A model generated the notes under the pieces. The model was not told the origin of the DNA. It worked only from the letters and a program-made list of their open reading frames with translations, and did not search any database. From an uncultured beta proteobacterium (lineage in GTDB: Bacteria; Pseudomonadota; Gammaproteobacteria; Burkholderiales; Burkholderiaceae_D): DNA of 24,000 bases. Shown here one piece after another: positions 1 through 9,368 of this stretch; the stretch's first letter is position 1, and the number at the start of each line of letters is the position of its first letter. The stretch lies in assembly GCA_963697715.1 (NCBI GenBank), contig OY969095.1:2607670-2631669 (forward strand), given 5' to 3'. The position numbers and the translations under genes were made by a program.

Positions 1-1443
1 GAAAAAACGCTGTACGGCATCTACAGCAAGATGCAGAACAAACGCCTGTCGTTTTCGCAGGTGCTGGACGTATATGGCTTCCGCATCGTGGTCGACAGCT
101 TTGCGAATTGTTATGTGGCACTTGGCACGCTGCACGCGCTGTTCAAGCCGATGCCGGGCAAGTTCAAGGATTACATCGCGATTCCGAAACTGAACGGTTA
201 TCAGTCGTTGCATACGACGCTGATCGGCCCGTACGGCACGCCGGTCGAATTCCAGATCCGCACGCAGGACATGCATCGCGTCGCCGAATCCGGTGTTGCC
301 GCACACTGGTTGTACAAGGATGATGAAGGCAGCCTGTCCGATCTGCAGCAGCGCACGCATGCATGGCTGCAATCGCTGCTCGACATCCAGAAGCAGACCG
401 GCGATTCGGCCGAATTCCTGGAACACGTGAAGGTCGACCTATTTCCCGATTCGGTCTATGTATTTACGCCGAAATCGAAAATCATCGCCCTGCCGCGCGG
501 CGCAACCGCGCTCGATTTTGCCTATACGATTCATACCGATGTCGGCGATCAGACGATTGCGGTAAAAATCAATCTCGAGCAGGTGCCGCTACGCACCGAG
601 CTGCGCAACGGCGACATCGTCGAAATCATCACTGCACCAACCTCGCGCCCGAATCCGAACTGGCTGAGTTTCGTGCGCACCGGCAAGGCGCGCTCCGCGA
701 TTCGCCATCATCTGCGCACGATCAACTTGACCGAATCGACCGAGCTCGGTCGCCGTCTGCTGTCGCAGGCATTGAGCGCGCTCAACCTGAGCCCTGAACT
801 GCCGGCACCGGTGGCCGAACGACTGCTGAACGAATCCAGCGCCAAATCCCTCGACGATCTGTACGCCGATATCGGCGTCGGCAAGCGGATGGCGGCGCTG
901 GTTGCACGCCACATTCTCGGCATCGCGGAAAACGACGCGCCGCTCTCGCCTGCAATGCTCGATGCCAATGGCGACGCCGTCACCAAGAAGATCGATCCGG
1001 TCATCATTTACGGCAGTGAAGGTGTGTCCGTCCAGCTGGCGCCATGCTGCATGCCGATTCCGGGCGATGACATCATGGGTCAGATGAAACGCGACCAGGG
1101 GCTGGTCATCCACACGATGGATTGCGATATCGCAAGAAGGCAGCGTTCGAAAGAGCCGGATCGCTGGATCGAAGTCATGTGGGGTCACGACATCGATCGC
1201 CGCTTCGATTGCCGTATCACGCTGCTGACCCGCAACGAGAAAGGCATTCTGGCGAGAGTGGCCGCAGAGATCGGCGAGTCCGATGCCAACATCACGCATG
1301 TCGGCATGGACGATGACAAGGATCACATGATGACGCACCTGCACTTCACCGTGCAGGTCGAGGATCGCGTGCATCTTGCGCGACTGATGCGCAATCTGCG
1401 CCGCATCTCCGGCGTTACGCGTTTGTTGCGCGACAGGAGCTGA
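1..1443 (+). CDS. spoT: Bifunctional (p)ppGpp synthetase/hydrolase, RelA/SpoT family, C-terminal ~480 aa (5' end lies outside the window)
   Basis: Frame 1 is open from nt 1 to TGA at 1441-1443. The translation carries the RelA/SpoT synthetase-domain tail (YGFRIVV, HTTLIGPYGTPVEFQIRT), a TGS-like segment (DSVYVFTPKSKIIALPRGATALDFAYTIHTDVG) and a C-terminal ACT-like region. Overlapping ORFs on both strands look like high-GC artefacts. Confidence 0.9.
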   Translation, partial: EKTLYGIYSKMQNKRLSFSQVLDVYGFRIVVDSFANCYVALGTLHALFKPMPGKFKDYIAIPKLNGYQSLHTTLIGPYGTPVEFQIRTQDMHRVAESGVAAHWLYKDDEGSLSDLQQRTHAWLQSLLDIQKQTGDSAEFLEHVKVDLFPDSVYVFTPKSKIIALPRGATALDFAYTIHTDVGDQTIAVKINLEQVPLRTELRNGDIVEIITAPTSRPNPNWLSFVRTGKARSAIRHHLRTINLTESTELGRRLLSQALSALNLSPELPAPVAERLLNESSAKSLDDLYADIGVGKRMAALVARHILGIAENDAPLSPAMLDANGDAVTKKIDPVIIYGSEGVSVQLAPCCMPIPGDDIMGQMKRDQGLVIHTMDCDIARRQRSKEPDRWIEVMWGHDIDRRFDCRITLLTRNEKGILARVAAEIGESDANITHVGMDDDKDHMMTHLHFTVQVEDRVHLARLMRNLRRISGVTRLLRDRS

Positions 1444-1492
1444 CGGGCCTCACGCCCTCAGCTTCGTAGATATCTGTCCGGATCGCACCGCA

Positions 1493-2050
1493 TCATTCAG
1501 GTACCGGTGCCGGATAAGTCACTTCCAGGATCACCAATTCCTCCAGACCGCCCGGCGTTCGCAATGCGACCGAATCGCCCTCCCTCGCCTTCGTCAACGC
1601 ACGCGCTACCGGTGATATCCAGCTGATTTTTCCGTTCAGCGGATCCAGCTCGTCAATTCCCAGAATCGTGACGGTATGCTCGTCGCCCGCCTGCGTTTCA
1701 TAACGAACTGTCGCACCGAAAAATATCTGGTCGCTGCCGTGATGGCTGGATGGATCAACCACCTCCGCCAGATCCAGACGCTTGGTCAGAAAGCGGATGC
1801 GGCTGTCGATCTGGCGCAGGCGCCGCTTGCCGTAGATGTAATCGCCATTTTCCGAGCGATCGCCATTGGAAGCGGCCCACGAGACGATCTGCACGACTTC
1901 CGGCCGATCCACATCGATCAGCCTGAGCAGCTCGTCCTTCATCCGCTGGTGGCCTTGCGGCGTCATGTAGTTTTTCGAACCGGCAGGAATCGGCGGCGCG
2001 CCGAAATTGTCGTCTTCGTCATCCTGCTCGGTTTTTGTTACCTGGTTCAT
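1493..2050 (-). CDS. greB: Transcription elongation factor GreB (Gre family) with an acidic N-terminal extension
   Basis: 185-aa ORF. It is collinear with Gre factors: coiled-coil region with WAASNGDRSENGDYIYGKRRLRQIDSRIRFLTKRL, and a C-terminal globular domain ending ISWISPVARALTKAREGD. The start could instead be the internal Met at 1966; neither has a strong SD. Confidence 0.88.
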   Translation of the reverse strand: MNQVTKTEQDDEDDNFGAPPIPAGSKNYMTPQGHQRMKDELLRLIDVDRPEVVQIVSWAASNGDRSENGDYIYGKRRLRQIDSRIRFLTKRLDLAEVVDPSSHHGSDQIFFGATVRYETQAGDEHTVTILGIDELDPLNGKISWISPVARALTKAREGDSVALRTPGGLEELVILEVTYPAPVPE

Positions 2051-2191
2051 GAGGGCATTTTACGTAATAGATGTAGCGCGAAGTAAATGCGAATGCATGC
2101 CATATGGCATCACAACGCGAGGAAGACGGGAGAATGGAGGAGTGGTGACATCTTGCCGTTTCTTTTCCCGGCAAGATTCAGTGAGTGGCGT

Positions 2192-3466
2192 TTAAACGCC
2201 CGAAATGGTATTGCTCCATTCGAACGCATTGAGTTGCAATGCATACAGGTCTTCGATCGACAAACCCAGTTTTTGCAATGTCGGGATCAGCAACGCGCCG
2301 GTTTGCTCGATGCGTTCGATATATTCCGCGAGCTTGAGAAGATCGCCGTAGAAACCCTTGCGGTACAACAGTGCATCACTGACTTCCTCGACAACGGAGA
2401 CCTGTGCCAGGATTTCCTGCATCGACTGGCCGAACAGGGTGTCCATCAGCGACATGATGCCGACCGTGAATGCCGTATCGGCCATTGCACGGTGATCGGG
2501 ACGAAGTTTTTCGGTAATGAGTTCGAGCAGCTTGCCGCGCGTCGAAGCGAGTTGCAGCAGCGGCGAGGTGAAGTGGCCGCTCTTGTTATGTTCGGCATAC
2601 AAAATGATTTGCAGCCAGCGCTGCAACTGGCGACGTCCCAGCACGGTCAACGCCTGCCCCAGAGAATCGATGCGTTGCGTCACGCCTACACCCGGCGTAT
2701 TCGCAAGCCGCAGCAACGTCAGGACCAGCGAGGCATCCTTCTTGATGCTGAGTTCGATGTCGGCCGTATCCGCATCGGCCACGATTAGCGACATCAACTG
2801 CATGATCACCACTTGCGACGGCGCGAGCTTCTTGCCGGAAAGGATGACGGGCCGGGCAAAGTAATACCCCTGGAAATAATGAAAACCGAGGTTCATACAA
2901 TCCTGGAATTGCTCGATGGTTTCCACTTTTTCGGCAAGCAGCAGTTTGTTCTCGCGCTTGAAATGATTGGCCAACTTGCTCAGATCGTCCTTGCTCATGC
3001 CGGTGATGTCGATCTTGATGATCTTGACCATCGGCAGCAGCATCTGCAGTGAATCGTTGTTGCAGATCACGTCGTCCAGCGCAAAGGTGAAGCCCTGCGC
3101 CGCCAGTTCCGTTACGCGAGCCACCAGCTCCGGCGTTGCCTCGACTGTTTCCAGGATTTCCAGCACGACCTTGTCGCATGGAAGGAAATTGACGAAATCG
3201 CACATCAGCACCGCGGCATCGACATTGAAAAATCCCAGTGCCCCGCCGATCACATTGACGATGCCCAGTTCCGACGCGTGCGCGATGACGGATGCGGTCG
3301 CAGCCAGATCATCGACCACGTTCGCCGGACCGCCCAGCGCGCGACGAAACAGCAGCTCATACGCCACCAGGTTTTCATCGCTGTTCAATATGGGTTGCCG
3401 TGCGAGAAAAAATTCCTTCACGCGGGGATATTCGTCAGGCACGTGCCGATCGAGTTCGGTGATCAT
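2192..3466 (-). CDS. EAL domain plus HDOD domain signal-transduction protein (YuxH/COG3434-like putative c-di-GMP phosphodiesterase)
   Basis: 424-aa ORF. The N-terminal half has EAL-family landmarks (QPILN, YELLFR, VLEILE, ALDD, KIIKID, AEKVET, FQGYYFARP). The C-terminal half resembles HDOD (LTLLRLANTP, VLGRRQLQRWL). Confidence 0.85.
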   Translation of the reverse strand: MITELDRHVPDEYPRVKEFFLARQPILNSDENLVAYELLFRRALGGPANVVDDLAATASVIAHASELGIVNVIGGALGFFNVDAAVLMCDFVNFLPCDKVVLEILETVEATPELVARVTELAAQGFTFALDDVICNNDSLQMLLPMVKIIKIDITGMSKDDLSKLANHFKRENKLLLAEKVETIEQFQDCMNLGFHYFQGYYFARPVILSGKKLAPSQVVIMQLMSLIVADADTADIELSIKKDASLVLTLLRLANTPGVGVTQRIDSLGQALTVLGRRQLQRWLQIILYAEHNKSGHFTSPLLQLASTRGKLLELITEKLRPDHRAMADTAFTVGIMSLMDTLFGQSMQEILAQVSVVEEVSDALLYRKGFYGDLLKLAEYIERIEQTGALLIPTLQKLGLSIEDLYALQLNAFEWSNTISGV

Positions 3467-3787
3467 CAGGGTTGTTGTCTCATTTCTGCGGAAGGTGCCG
3501 ATCAGCCAACATCACCTTCCTTGTTTGTTCTTCTTGAATCATCGGGCACATGCCGATAAATCCATGCGACCCAATCTTGTCCGCACTCTTCGGTGCATAT
3601 GAACGGTTACGTCATGTTGATTCGCATGTTCGATAAGGATACGTGCAAACAAATCCGCACAGAAGCAGATCGACGCAAACATATGCAAATCCAACGCCTT
3701 CATTATTCCGTCGATATTTCCAAAAGGCAAGTATTTAACGCTTGTTAAATTTTCTACTTTTTAAAATAACTGCACAGCATATTTGCT

Positions 3788-4708
3788 TCATTTAATGCGG
3801 CGCGTGCCGGTATTCTGCGGCACGGTCTGACCGCTCTCCAGCGTGAAACCAGCATCCGGACCGGTGCCCAACGCCGCCACCAGATACGGCATCACTGTGC
3901 GCAGCATCGGTTCCAGCGTCCACGGCGGGTTGTGAATGAACATGCCGCTGCTGTGCAGGCCGAAACCGTCCGGCGACGGCGTTGTGACCGACAGCGTGAC
4001 ATTGAGCCAGCCGTTGGCGGGCAGTTTCTTCAATTTATCCGGCATCTGGCGTGCTTCCATCCGGTTGAGCACCGGATACCAGACGGCGTACGTGCCGGTA
4101 GCGAAGCGCGTCAATGCATCCGCAACCGTGGTGACGACACTGCGGTAATCGCTCTTGTCTTCATAAGGCGGATCGATCAGGACCAGGCCGCGCCGCGATG
4201 GTGGCGGCAACAACGCTTTCAGGCCGAGAAAGCCATTCGCCCGATCGATCATGATGCGCTTGCCGCGCGTTGCCGGGCGTCTTCCCTGCTCTGCCGCATG
4301 CGCTTCCAGCTTGCGGAAATTATCGGCCAGCAGCTTGCTGTCAGCCGGGTGCAGTTCGAACATGCGCAGGCGATCCTGTTCGCGCATGATGCTGTCCGCA
4401 CAATAGGGAGAACCCGGGTAATAACGCATCTTGCCGCTGGGGTTCAGTGCCTTCACAACCTGCACGTAATCGGCAACCGCCTCGGGCAAATCGTTGCGAT
4501 CCCACAATTTGGCGATACCGGATTCGAACTCCGCATTCTTTGTCGCATAGTTGCTGTCGAGTGCATACACGCCCGCACCTGAATGCGTATCGATGTACAT
4601 GTACGACGTGTCTTTCTGATTCAGGTATTTGAGCAACTGAATCTGGACAAGATGCTTGAGTACGTCGGCGTGATTGCCCGCGTGGAAGGCATGGCGGTAA
4701 CTCAGCAT
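3788..4708 (-). CDS. rlmJ: 23S rRNA (adenine2030-N6)-methyltransferase RlmJ
   Basis: The conserved RlmJ N-terminus MLSYRHAFHAGNHADVLKH begins at the ATG at 4708 (cat at 4706-4708 on the + strand), followed by DPPYE-type (IDPPYEDKSDY) and WYP motifs. The 72 upstream codons of the tracked ORF (to 4924) have no protein-like character. Confidence 0.85.
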   Translation of the reverse strand: MLSYRHAFHAGNHADVLKHLVQIQLLKYLNQKDTSYMYIDTHSGAGVYALDSNYATKNAEFESGIAKLWDRNDLPEAVADYVQVVKALNPSGKMRYYPGSPYCADSIMREQDRLRMFELHPADSKLLADNFRKLEAHAAEQGRRPATRGKRIMIDRANGFLGLKALLPPPSRRGLVLIDPPYEDKSDYRSVVTTVADALTRFATGTYAVWYPVLNRMEARQMPDKLKKLPANGWLNVTLSVTTPSPDGFGLHSSGMFIHNPPWTLEPMLRTVMPYLVAALGTGPDAGFTLESGQTVPQNTGTRRIK

Positions 4709-4970
4709 AGGGAAGTGTCTTGGCGAGAATGAAGAAAGGGAGATCCTGCAAAAGCGGCAGAATCCGGTAATGCGCCATTCTAGCAATTCCCGGCTGGGAG
4801 ATATACGCCTAATAGCGTGGCGGCCGGGCCACGCGTCACGCCCGCAATGCAGCCGTTCTGCATGAAACGAACGTGAATAAAAAAGCGGGCACCGATGATT
4901 CCGGTGTCCGCTCCGCTGCCACACAATTTTTATACAACTTTATACAGCTTTTTACATAACCTTTCTCGCC

Positions 4971-7262
4971 TTACGCTTTTGCCGTGACTTCCTCGCGCAA
5001 GGTGCGTGCTGCCAGCACCATATTTTCCAGCGCAGTGATCGTTTCCGGCCAACTGCGGGTTTTCAGGCCGCAATCCGGATTCACCCACAGGCGCTGATCC
5101 GGGATCACATCGCGCGCCTTGCGCAGCAGACGCTGCATTTCCTCGACCTTCGGCACACGCGGCGAATGGATGTCATAGACGCCCGGGCCGATATCGTTCG
5201 GATATGCGAATTCGCCAAAGCCGTCCAGCAACTCCATGTCCGAACGCGACGTCTCGATCGTGATCACGTCCGCATCCATCGCCGCGATCCACGGCAGGAT
5301 GTCGTTGAATTCCGAATAGCACATGTGCGTATGGATCTGCGTATCGTCCTGTACGCCGGATGCGCTGATGCGGAATGCCTTCACCGCCCAGTCCAGATAA
5401 TGCGGCCAGTCGGCTGCCTTCAAGGGCAGGCCTTCGCGGAATGCAGGTTCGTCGATCTGAATCATGCCGATACCGGCCTTTTCCAGGTCGACCACTTCGT
5501 CGCGCAATGCCAGCGCAATCTGCAGCGCCGTCTTGTCGCGTGGCTGATCGTCACGCACGAACGACCATTGCAACATCGTCACCGGGCCGGTCAGCATGCC
5601 TTTCATCGGCTTGCTGGTCAGGCTTTGCGCGAATTCGCTCCAGCCGACCGTCATCGCCTCAGGGCGATAGACGTCGCCGTAGATGAACGGCGGTTTCACG
5701 CAACGCGAACCGTAGCTTTGCACCCAGCCGTTGGCGGTAAAACCGTAACCCCACAATTGTTCGCCGAAATACTCGACCATGTCGTTGCGTTCCGGCTCGC
5801 CATGCACCAATACGTCGAGACCGATTTCTTCCTGCTTCTTCACAACCATGCGCACTTCATCCCGCATGCGGTTCAGATATTCAAGGTTGCCGATCTCGCC
5901 GCGCTTGTACTGCGCACGCGCCTGGCGAATATCCGCCGTTTGCGGGAAAGAACCGATATTGGTGGTCGGAAAAGCCGGCAGGTTGAAGCGCGCCTGCTGC
6001 TTGACGATGCGTTCTGCAAACGGCGCAGCACGCGTTGCTGAAATCGACTCGATCTGACCCAAGCGTTTTTGCACCAGCGGATTGTGAATGCGCGGCGACG
6101 TTTGACGCGCGGCGACAGCCAGTGCAGCGGCGGTGAATTGTTGCGCGACCTTGTCCTTTTCGCCATTCAATGCGCTCTTGATTGCATTGATCTCGCCGAT
6201 CTTCTGCACGGCAAACGCCAGCCAGCCTTTCAGTTCTTCGTCCAGCTTGTTTTCGTTGGCCAGATCGACCGGCACGTGCAACAGCGAGCAGCTTGCACTG
6301 ACCCACAGGCGATCGCCCAGCGCTGCCTGCAATGGCTGCAACGCAGCGACTGCAGCATCGAGATCGGCGCGCCAGATATTGCGACCGTCCACCACGCCGG
6401 CGGACAGCACGCGATCCTGCGGCCAGTCTTTCAGGAATTCCGGCAACTGCCCTGCACCGCGCACCAGATCAAGATGCACGCCGGCGACCGGCAGGCTGCG
6501 CAACAATGCGCTGTGTTCACGCACCTGATCGAAGTACGTCGCCAGCAACAACTTGGGTGCACCGGCCACCAATGCCTCGTACGTCGGCGCAAATGCATTG
6601 CGCCAGACAGCTGCCAGTTCCAGCGCCAGAATCGGCTCGTCAATCTGTACCCATTCCACGCCAGCTTGCTGCAGGCGCTTCAATACTTTCTGGTAGCCGG
6701 CAATAACCTTCGGCAGCAGGTCCAGTTTATTGAATTTATTCTCACCTTCGCCCGATTTGATCTTGCCCAGATACAGCAAGGTCAGCGGGCCGACCAGCGT
6801 CACCTTGGTTTGATGGCCGAGCGCGACGGCTTCGGCGTTTTCTTCAAACAGCCAGTCGACGCCGCCATCGAAACGCACGTCAGCAGTAAATTCCGGCACC
6901 AGATAGTGATAGTTGGTATCGAACCACTTCGTCATTTCCATTGCGAAGTGTTCAGGATTGCCACGCGCCATCGTGAAGTAATCGGCCAGCGTCAGTTTCT
7001 TCGGATCGAACTTGAAGCGCGTCGGCACCGCGCCCAGCAAGGCCAGCGTATTCAGCACTTGGTCATACCACGCAAAATCGCCGACCGACACAAAATCCAG
7101 ACCGGCTTCGGCCTGAACCGCCCAATGGCGCTGGCGCAGGGTTTTGCCGGTTTGCTGCAAGGCCGGCAGGTCCGACTCGCCGCGCCAGAATGACTCCACC
7201 GCAAACTTCAACTCACGCTGTGCGCCGATGCGCGGAAAACCAAGAATATGTGCCTTTGCCAT
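4971..7262 (-). CDS. metE: Cobalamin-independent methionine synthase (5-methyltetrahydropteroyltriglutamate-homocysteine S-methyltransferase)
   Basis: 763-aa intact ORF with full-length collinearity to MetE: N-terminus [21 protein letters not shown], and a C-terminal catalytic domain with HTHMCYSEF and [11 protein letters not shown] zinc/homocysteine-site motifs. Confidence 0.97.
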   Translation of the reverse strand: MAKAHILGFPRIGAQRELKFAVESFWRGESDLPALQQTGKTLRQRHWAVQAEAGLDFVSVGDFAWYDQVLNTLALLGAVPTRFKFDPKKLTLADYFTMARGNPEHFAMEMTKWFDTNYHYLVPEFTADVRFDGGVDWLFEENAEAVALGHQTKVTLVGPLTLLYLGKIKSGEGENKFNKLDLLPKVIAGYQKVLKRLQQAGVEWVQIDEPILALELAAVWRNAFAPTYEALVAGAPKLLLATYFDQVREHSALLRSLPVAGVHLDLVRGAGQLPEFLKDWPQDRVLSAGVVDGRNIWRADLDAAVAALQPLQAALGDRLWVSASCSLLHVPVDLANENKLDEELKGWLAFAVQKIGEINAIKSALNGEKDKVAQQFTAAALAVAARQTSPRIHNPLVQKRLGQIESISATRAAPFAERIVKQQARFNLPAFPTTNIGSFPQTADIRQARAQYKRGEIGNLEYLNRMRDEVRMVVKKQEEIGLDVLVHGEPERNDMVEYFGEQLWGYGFTANGWVQSYGSRCVKPPFIYGDVYRPEAMTVGWSEFAQSLTSKPMKGMLTGPVTMLQWSFVRDDQPRDKTALQIALALRDEVVDLEKAGIGMIQIDEPAFREGLPLKAADWPHYLDWAVKAFRISASGVQDDTQIHTHMCYSEFNDILPWIAAMDADVITIETSRSDMELLDGFGEFAYPNDIGPGVYDIHSPRVPKVEEMQRLLRKARDVIPDQRLWVNPDCGLKTRSWPETITALENMVLAARTLREEVTAKA

Positions 7263-7347
7263 GCCAGAACTCCGATAAAGATTTCGAGGCTTGCCATGTT
7301 GCCCGCCACAGATCTATGATTCAAACGATAAATTCTAAGAATCATCT

Positions 7348-7360
7348 TGAATTAAATTCA
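7348..7360. promoter_or_regulatory. Candidate MetR operator (TGAA-N5-TTCA, also a LysR T-N11-A box) in the metE-metR divergent control region
   Basis: The sequence TGAATTAAATTCA is an exact match to the published enterobacterial MetR consensus TGAANNNNNTTCA. It sits in the 113-bp metE/metR intergenic region, 16 nt upstream of the metR ATG. Confidence 0.6.
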
Positions 7361-7375
7361 TAGTGAAATGTTGAC

Positions 7376-8296
7376 ATGCAATCCATCCTCGAACTGCGCC
7401 ACCTCAAAACCCTGCTCGCCCTGCGCGAAGCCGGCAACCTGCTGCGCGCAGCGTCGCTGCTCAACGTCACGCAATCCGCGTTGTCGCACCAGATCAAGCA
7501 ACTGGAAGACCACCACGGCACGCCGCTGTTTGAACGCAAATCGGTGCCGGTGCGCTTCACGCCAGCCGGCGAACGCCTGCTGAAACTGGCCGATGCCGTC
7601 CTGCCGCAAGTGGAGGAAACCGAACGCGACCTGGTCCGGCTGGCGCAAGGCACCGCCGGCCAACTGCGCATCGCGGTCGAATGCCACACCTGCTTCGACT
7701 GGCTGATGCCGGCGATGGACACCTTCCGCAATCGCTGGCCCGAAGTCGAACTCGACATCGTCTCCGGCTTCCAGGCCGATCCGGTCGGCCTGTTATATGA
7801 ACACCGCGCCGACGTCGCCATCGTGTCGGAAATAGACCCCGACGAAGCCGTCGATTATCACGCGCTGTTCCGTTTTGAAATCGTCGCACTGGTTGCGCAC
7901 GATCATCCGCTGGCAAACAAGGAATTCTTGACCGCAGAAGATTTTATCGGCGAGACGTTGATCACCTATCCGGTGCCGGACGACATGCTCGACGTCGTGC
8001 GTCAGGTGTTGAAGCCCGCCGGCGTACAAGTCGCGCGCCGCACGACTGAACTGACCGTCGCGATGCTGCAACTGGTCGCCAGCAAACGCGGCATCGCCAC
8101 GCTGCCGGTGTGGGCTGCGCAGAATTATCTGAACCGGAATTACGTATTGGCGAAGCGGATTACGCCGGAAGGATTGACCGGGCGTTTGTACACGGCCTGT
8201 TTGCCGGAGGTTTCGCAGAAACCTTATCTGGCGGATTTTGTGACGACTACGCGGGAGAGTTGTTATTTGAATCTGGATAGTGTGGAGTTGCTGTAA
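7376..8296 (+). CDS. metR: LysR-family transcriptional activator MetR
   Basis: 306-aa ORF divergent from metE. It has an N-terminal wHTH (LKTLLALREAGNLLRAASLLNVTQSALSHQIKQLE) and is collinear with MetR through LRIAVECHTCFDWLMPA and GIATLPVWA. Confidence 0.93.
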   Translation: MQSILELRHLKTLLALREAGNLLRAASLLNVTQSALSHQIKQLEDHHGTPLFERKSVPVRFTPAGERLLKLADAVLPQVEETERDLVRLAQGTAGQLRIAVECHTCFDWLMPAMDTFRNRWPEVELDIVSGFQADPVGLLYEHRADVAIVSEIDPDEAVDYHALFRFEIVALVAHDHPLANKEFLTAEDFIGETLITYPVPDDMLDVVRQVLKPAGVQVARRTTELTVAMLQLVASKRGIATLPVWAAQNYLNRNYVLAKRITPEGLTGRLYTACLPEVSQKPYLADFVTTTRESCYLNLDSVELL

Positions 8297-8493
8297 GCCT
8301 CATCTAGTAATCGAAGAATCACATCGAGTCTCAGCAAACACCTAGCGTCAAAATTATTTTATGAAAAAGATTAATTAACGCTGACTATATTGCTTCCCGA
8401 TGGCTACCTAGTCGTCCGTCATTATTTAAGCAGCCTAAATACCACCACCAGCATATTTATCCTTAATTGTCATGTGCTTATGATGCCAAATAA

Positions 8494-8523
8494 TTGATTT
8501 AGGCAACGTCAATCACATATTAT
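8494..8523 (+). promoter_or_regulatory. Possible sigma70-type promoter for the 8584 ORF
   Basis: TTGATT (8494-8499), an 18-nt spacer, then TATTAT (8518-8523), about 60 nt upstream of the ATG at 8584. Such matches are frequent in an AT-rich region, so the weight is low. Confidence 0.25.
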
Positions 8524-8583
8524 GCTGGCATCTAAATATAATTATGCGGCACAGATACGTTTGATGCCCAAGGGGAAATTGTC

Positions 8584-9054
8584 ATGATCAAAGTTTTTGT
8601 AGCTCTTGTCATCGCTGTAATCGGCATCTTGCTGAAAGGTCTATGGAATCTCTCCTTGGCAGAAATGCTAGTGGTTGCAATGATTCCGTTTGTATTTCTC
8701 CACAAGCTCTTCGGCAACCGTCCAAGTTTTCTAATTTACGCGGCTATCCTCGGAGCCTTTGCGGGTGGAGTGTCCGCTTTTTGGGGCTATGTGATCGTTC
8801 CAATACAGTATTACTACTCCGTGTGGGGGTGGGGCGGCGTCGTTGCGGGAATCATAGCCGCGCTTCTTTTGCCTCTTGAGTTTTTTCTATTCTTGGGAGC
8901 CGCTTTCTTCAAGGGCGGCGCTGCCGCATATATTGGTAAATTTTTTGGTGGTATTTGCTTCGGCTTGGCCGGGCTCTTTCTCTTTCATAGCGGTGCTTCG
9001 CAGTCGCCCTGGCACTGGCTATCTCGTCGAAAGGCTGAGACTGACGCGGCATAA
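8584..9054 (+). CDS. Hypothetical glycine-rich integral membrane protein (4-5 predicted TM helices), no recognised family
   Basis: 156-aa ORF. An AAGGGGA SD lies 7-8 nt upstream of the ATG. The sequence shows successive hydrophobic stretches (VFVALVIAVIGILL, MLVVAMIPFVFL, FLIYAAILGAFAGGVSAFWGYVIV, GVVAGIIAALLLPLEFFLFLGAAFF, FFGGICFGLAGLFLF) and a polar C-terminal tail. It lies in the AT-rich insertion. Confidence 0.6.
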   Translation: MIKVFVALVIAVIGILLKGLWNLSLAEMLVVAMIPFVFLHKLFGNRPSFLIYAAILGAFAGGVSAFWGYVIVPIQYYYSVWGWGGVVAGIIAALLLPLEFFLFLGAAFFKGGAAAYIGKFFGGICFGLAGLFLFHSGASQSPWHWLSRRKAETDAA

Positions 9055-9194
9055 CTCATTATTCCACCAAACCAGTGCAAGCTACGCTTGCTCGGCTGTT
9101 CTTACGCGAATCCCAGGGAGTTATGAGATGCCTGCAAACGCTGTTCGTCGCTTGAAGGGCGAGCTTCTCTCATGTGAAAATGAAATTCAAGCAC

Positions 9195-9361
9195 GGTAGG
9201 TTGGGTTAACGTTTTATCAGCCCAACATTAACTACATGACCTATTCATCTATTTCGGCTTCAAAGATCTCTCAACTGAGAGTTGCATACTTTTCACAATG
9301 TCGCGATGATCGAATTTATCTATTTCAGTGTTGGGCTGATAAAACGTTAGCCCAGCCTACC
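9195..9361. repeat. REP/REPIN-like element: two 33-bp inverted repeats flanking a ~101-bp spacer
   Basis: 9195-9227 (GGTAGGTTGGGTTAACGTTTTATCAGCCCAACA) matches the reverse complement of 9329-9361 (GGTAGGCTGGGCTAACGTTTTATCAGCCCAACA) at 31 of 33 positions. Each arm is itself a hairpin (TGGGCT..AGCCCA stem, 11-nt loop) preceded by GTAG, as in REP sequences. Confidence 0.75.
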
Positions 9362-9368
9362 CACTACG

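Noticed and set aside
122-137. A sigma54-like TGGCAC-N5 element (TGGCACGCTGCACGC)
   Set aside because: It lies inside the spoT coding sequence, and the downstream element is ACGC rather than TTGC.
3539-3730. A 63-aa minus-strand ORF in the AT-rich region upstream of the EAL-HDOD gene, and the nearby ATTTAAC-GCTT-GTTAAAT palindrome (3733-3750)
   Set aside because: The ORF has no SD or family resemblance. The palindrome is short and AT-rich, so chance occurrence is likely. The region is treated as a promoter/leader region only.
4709-4924. A 72-codon N-terminal extension of the rlmJ ORF (the tracked ORF starts at 4924)
   Set aside because: The extension (MWQRSGHRNHRCPLFYSRSF...) has no protein-like conservation. 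The canonical RlmJ N-terminus MLSYRHAFHAGN begins at the internal ATG at 4708.
7263-7375. A cobalamin riboswitch upstream of metE, and likewise a fluoride riboswitch upstream of crcB (13838-13870)
   Set aside because: The intergenic space is too short (113 bp shared with metR; zero for crcB, which overlaps moaE), and no conserved riboswitch cores were recognised.
8876-9199. A 107-aa ORF overlapping the end of the membrane-protein gene, and a 25-aa peptide ORF ending at the REP arm
   Set aside because: The first is an out-of-frame overlap with the better-supported 8584-9054 gene. The short peptide has only a weak GGGAG signal and no other support.
9195-9361. An integron attC-site interpretation of the inverted repeats (GCCCAAC ... 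GTTGGGC resemble the RYYYAAC / GTTRRRY cores)
   Set aside because: The pairing extends outward from the core-like heptamers rather than inward (there is no L'/L'' arrangement). Each arm is an autonomous hairpin, and no intI or cassette array is nearby. A REP/REPIN architecture fits better.
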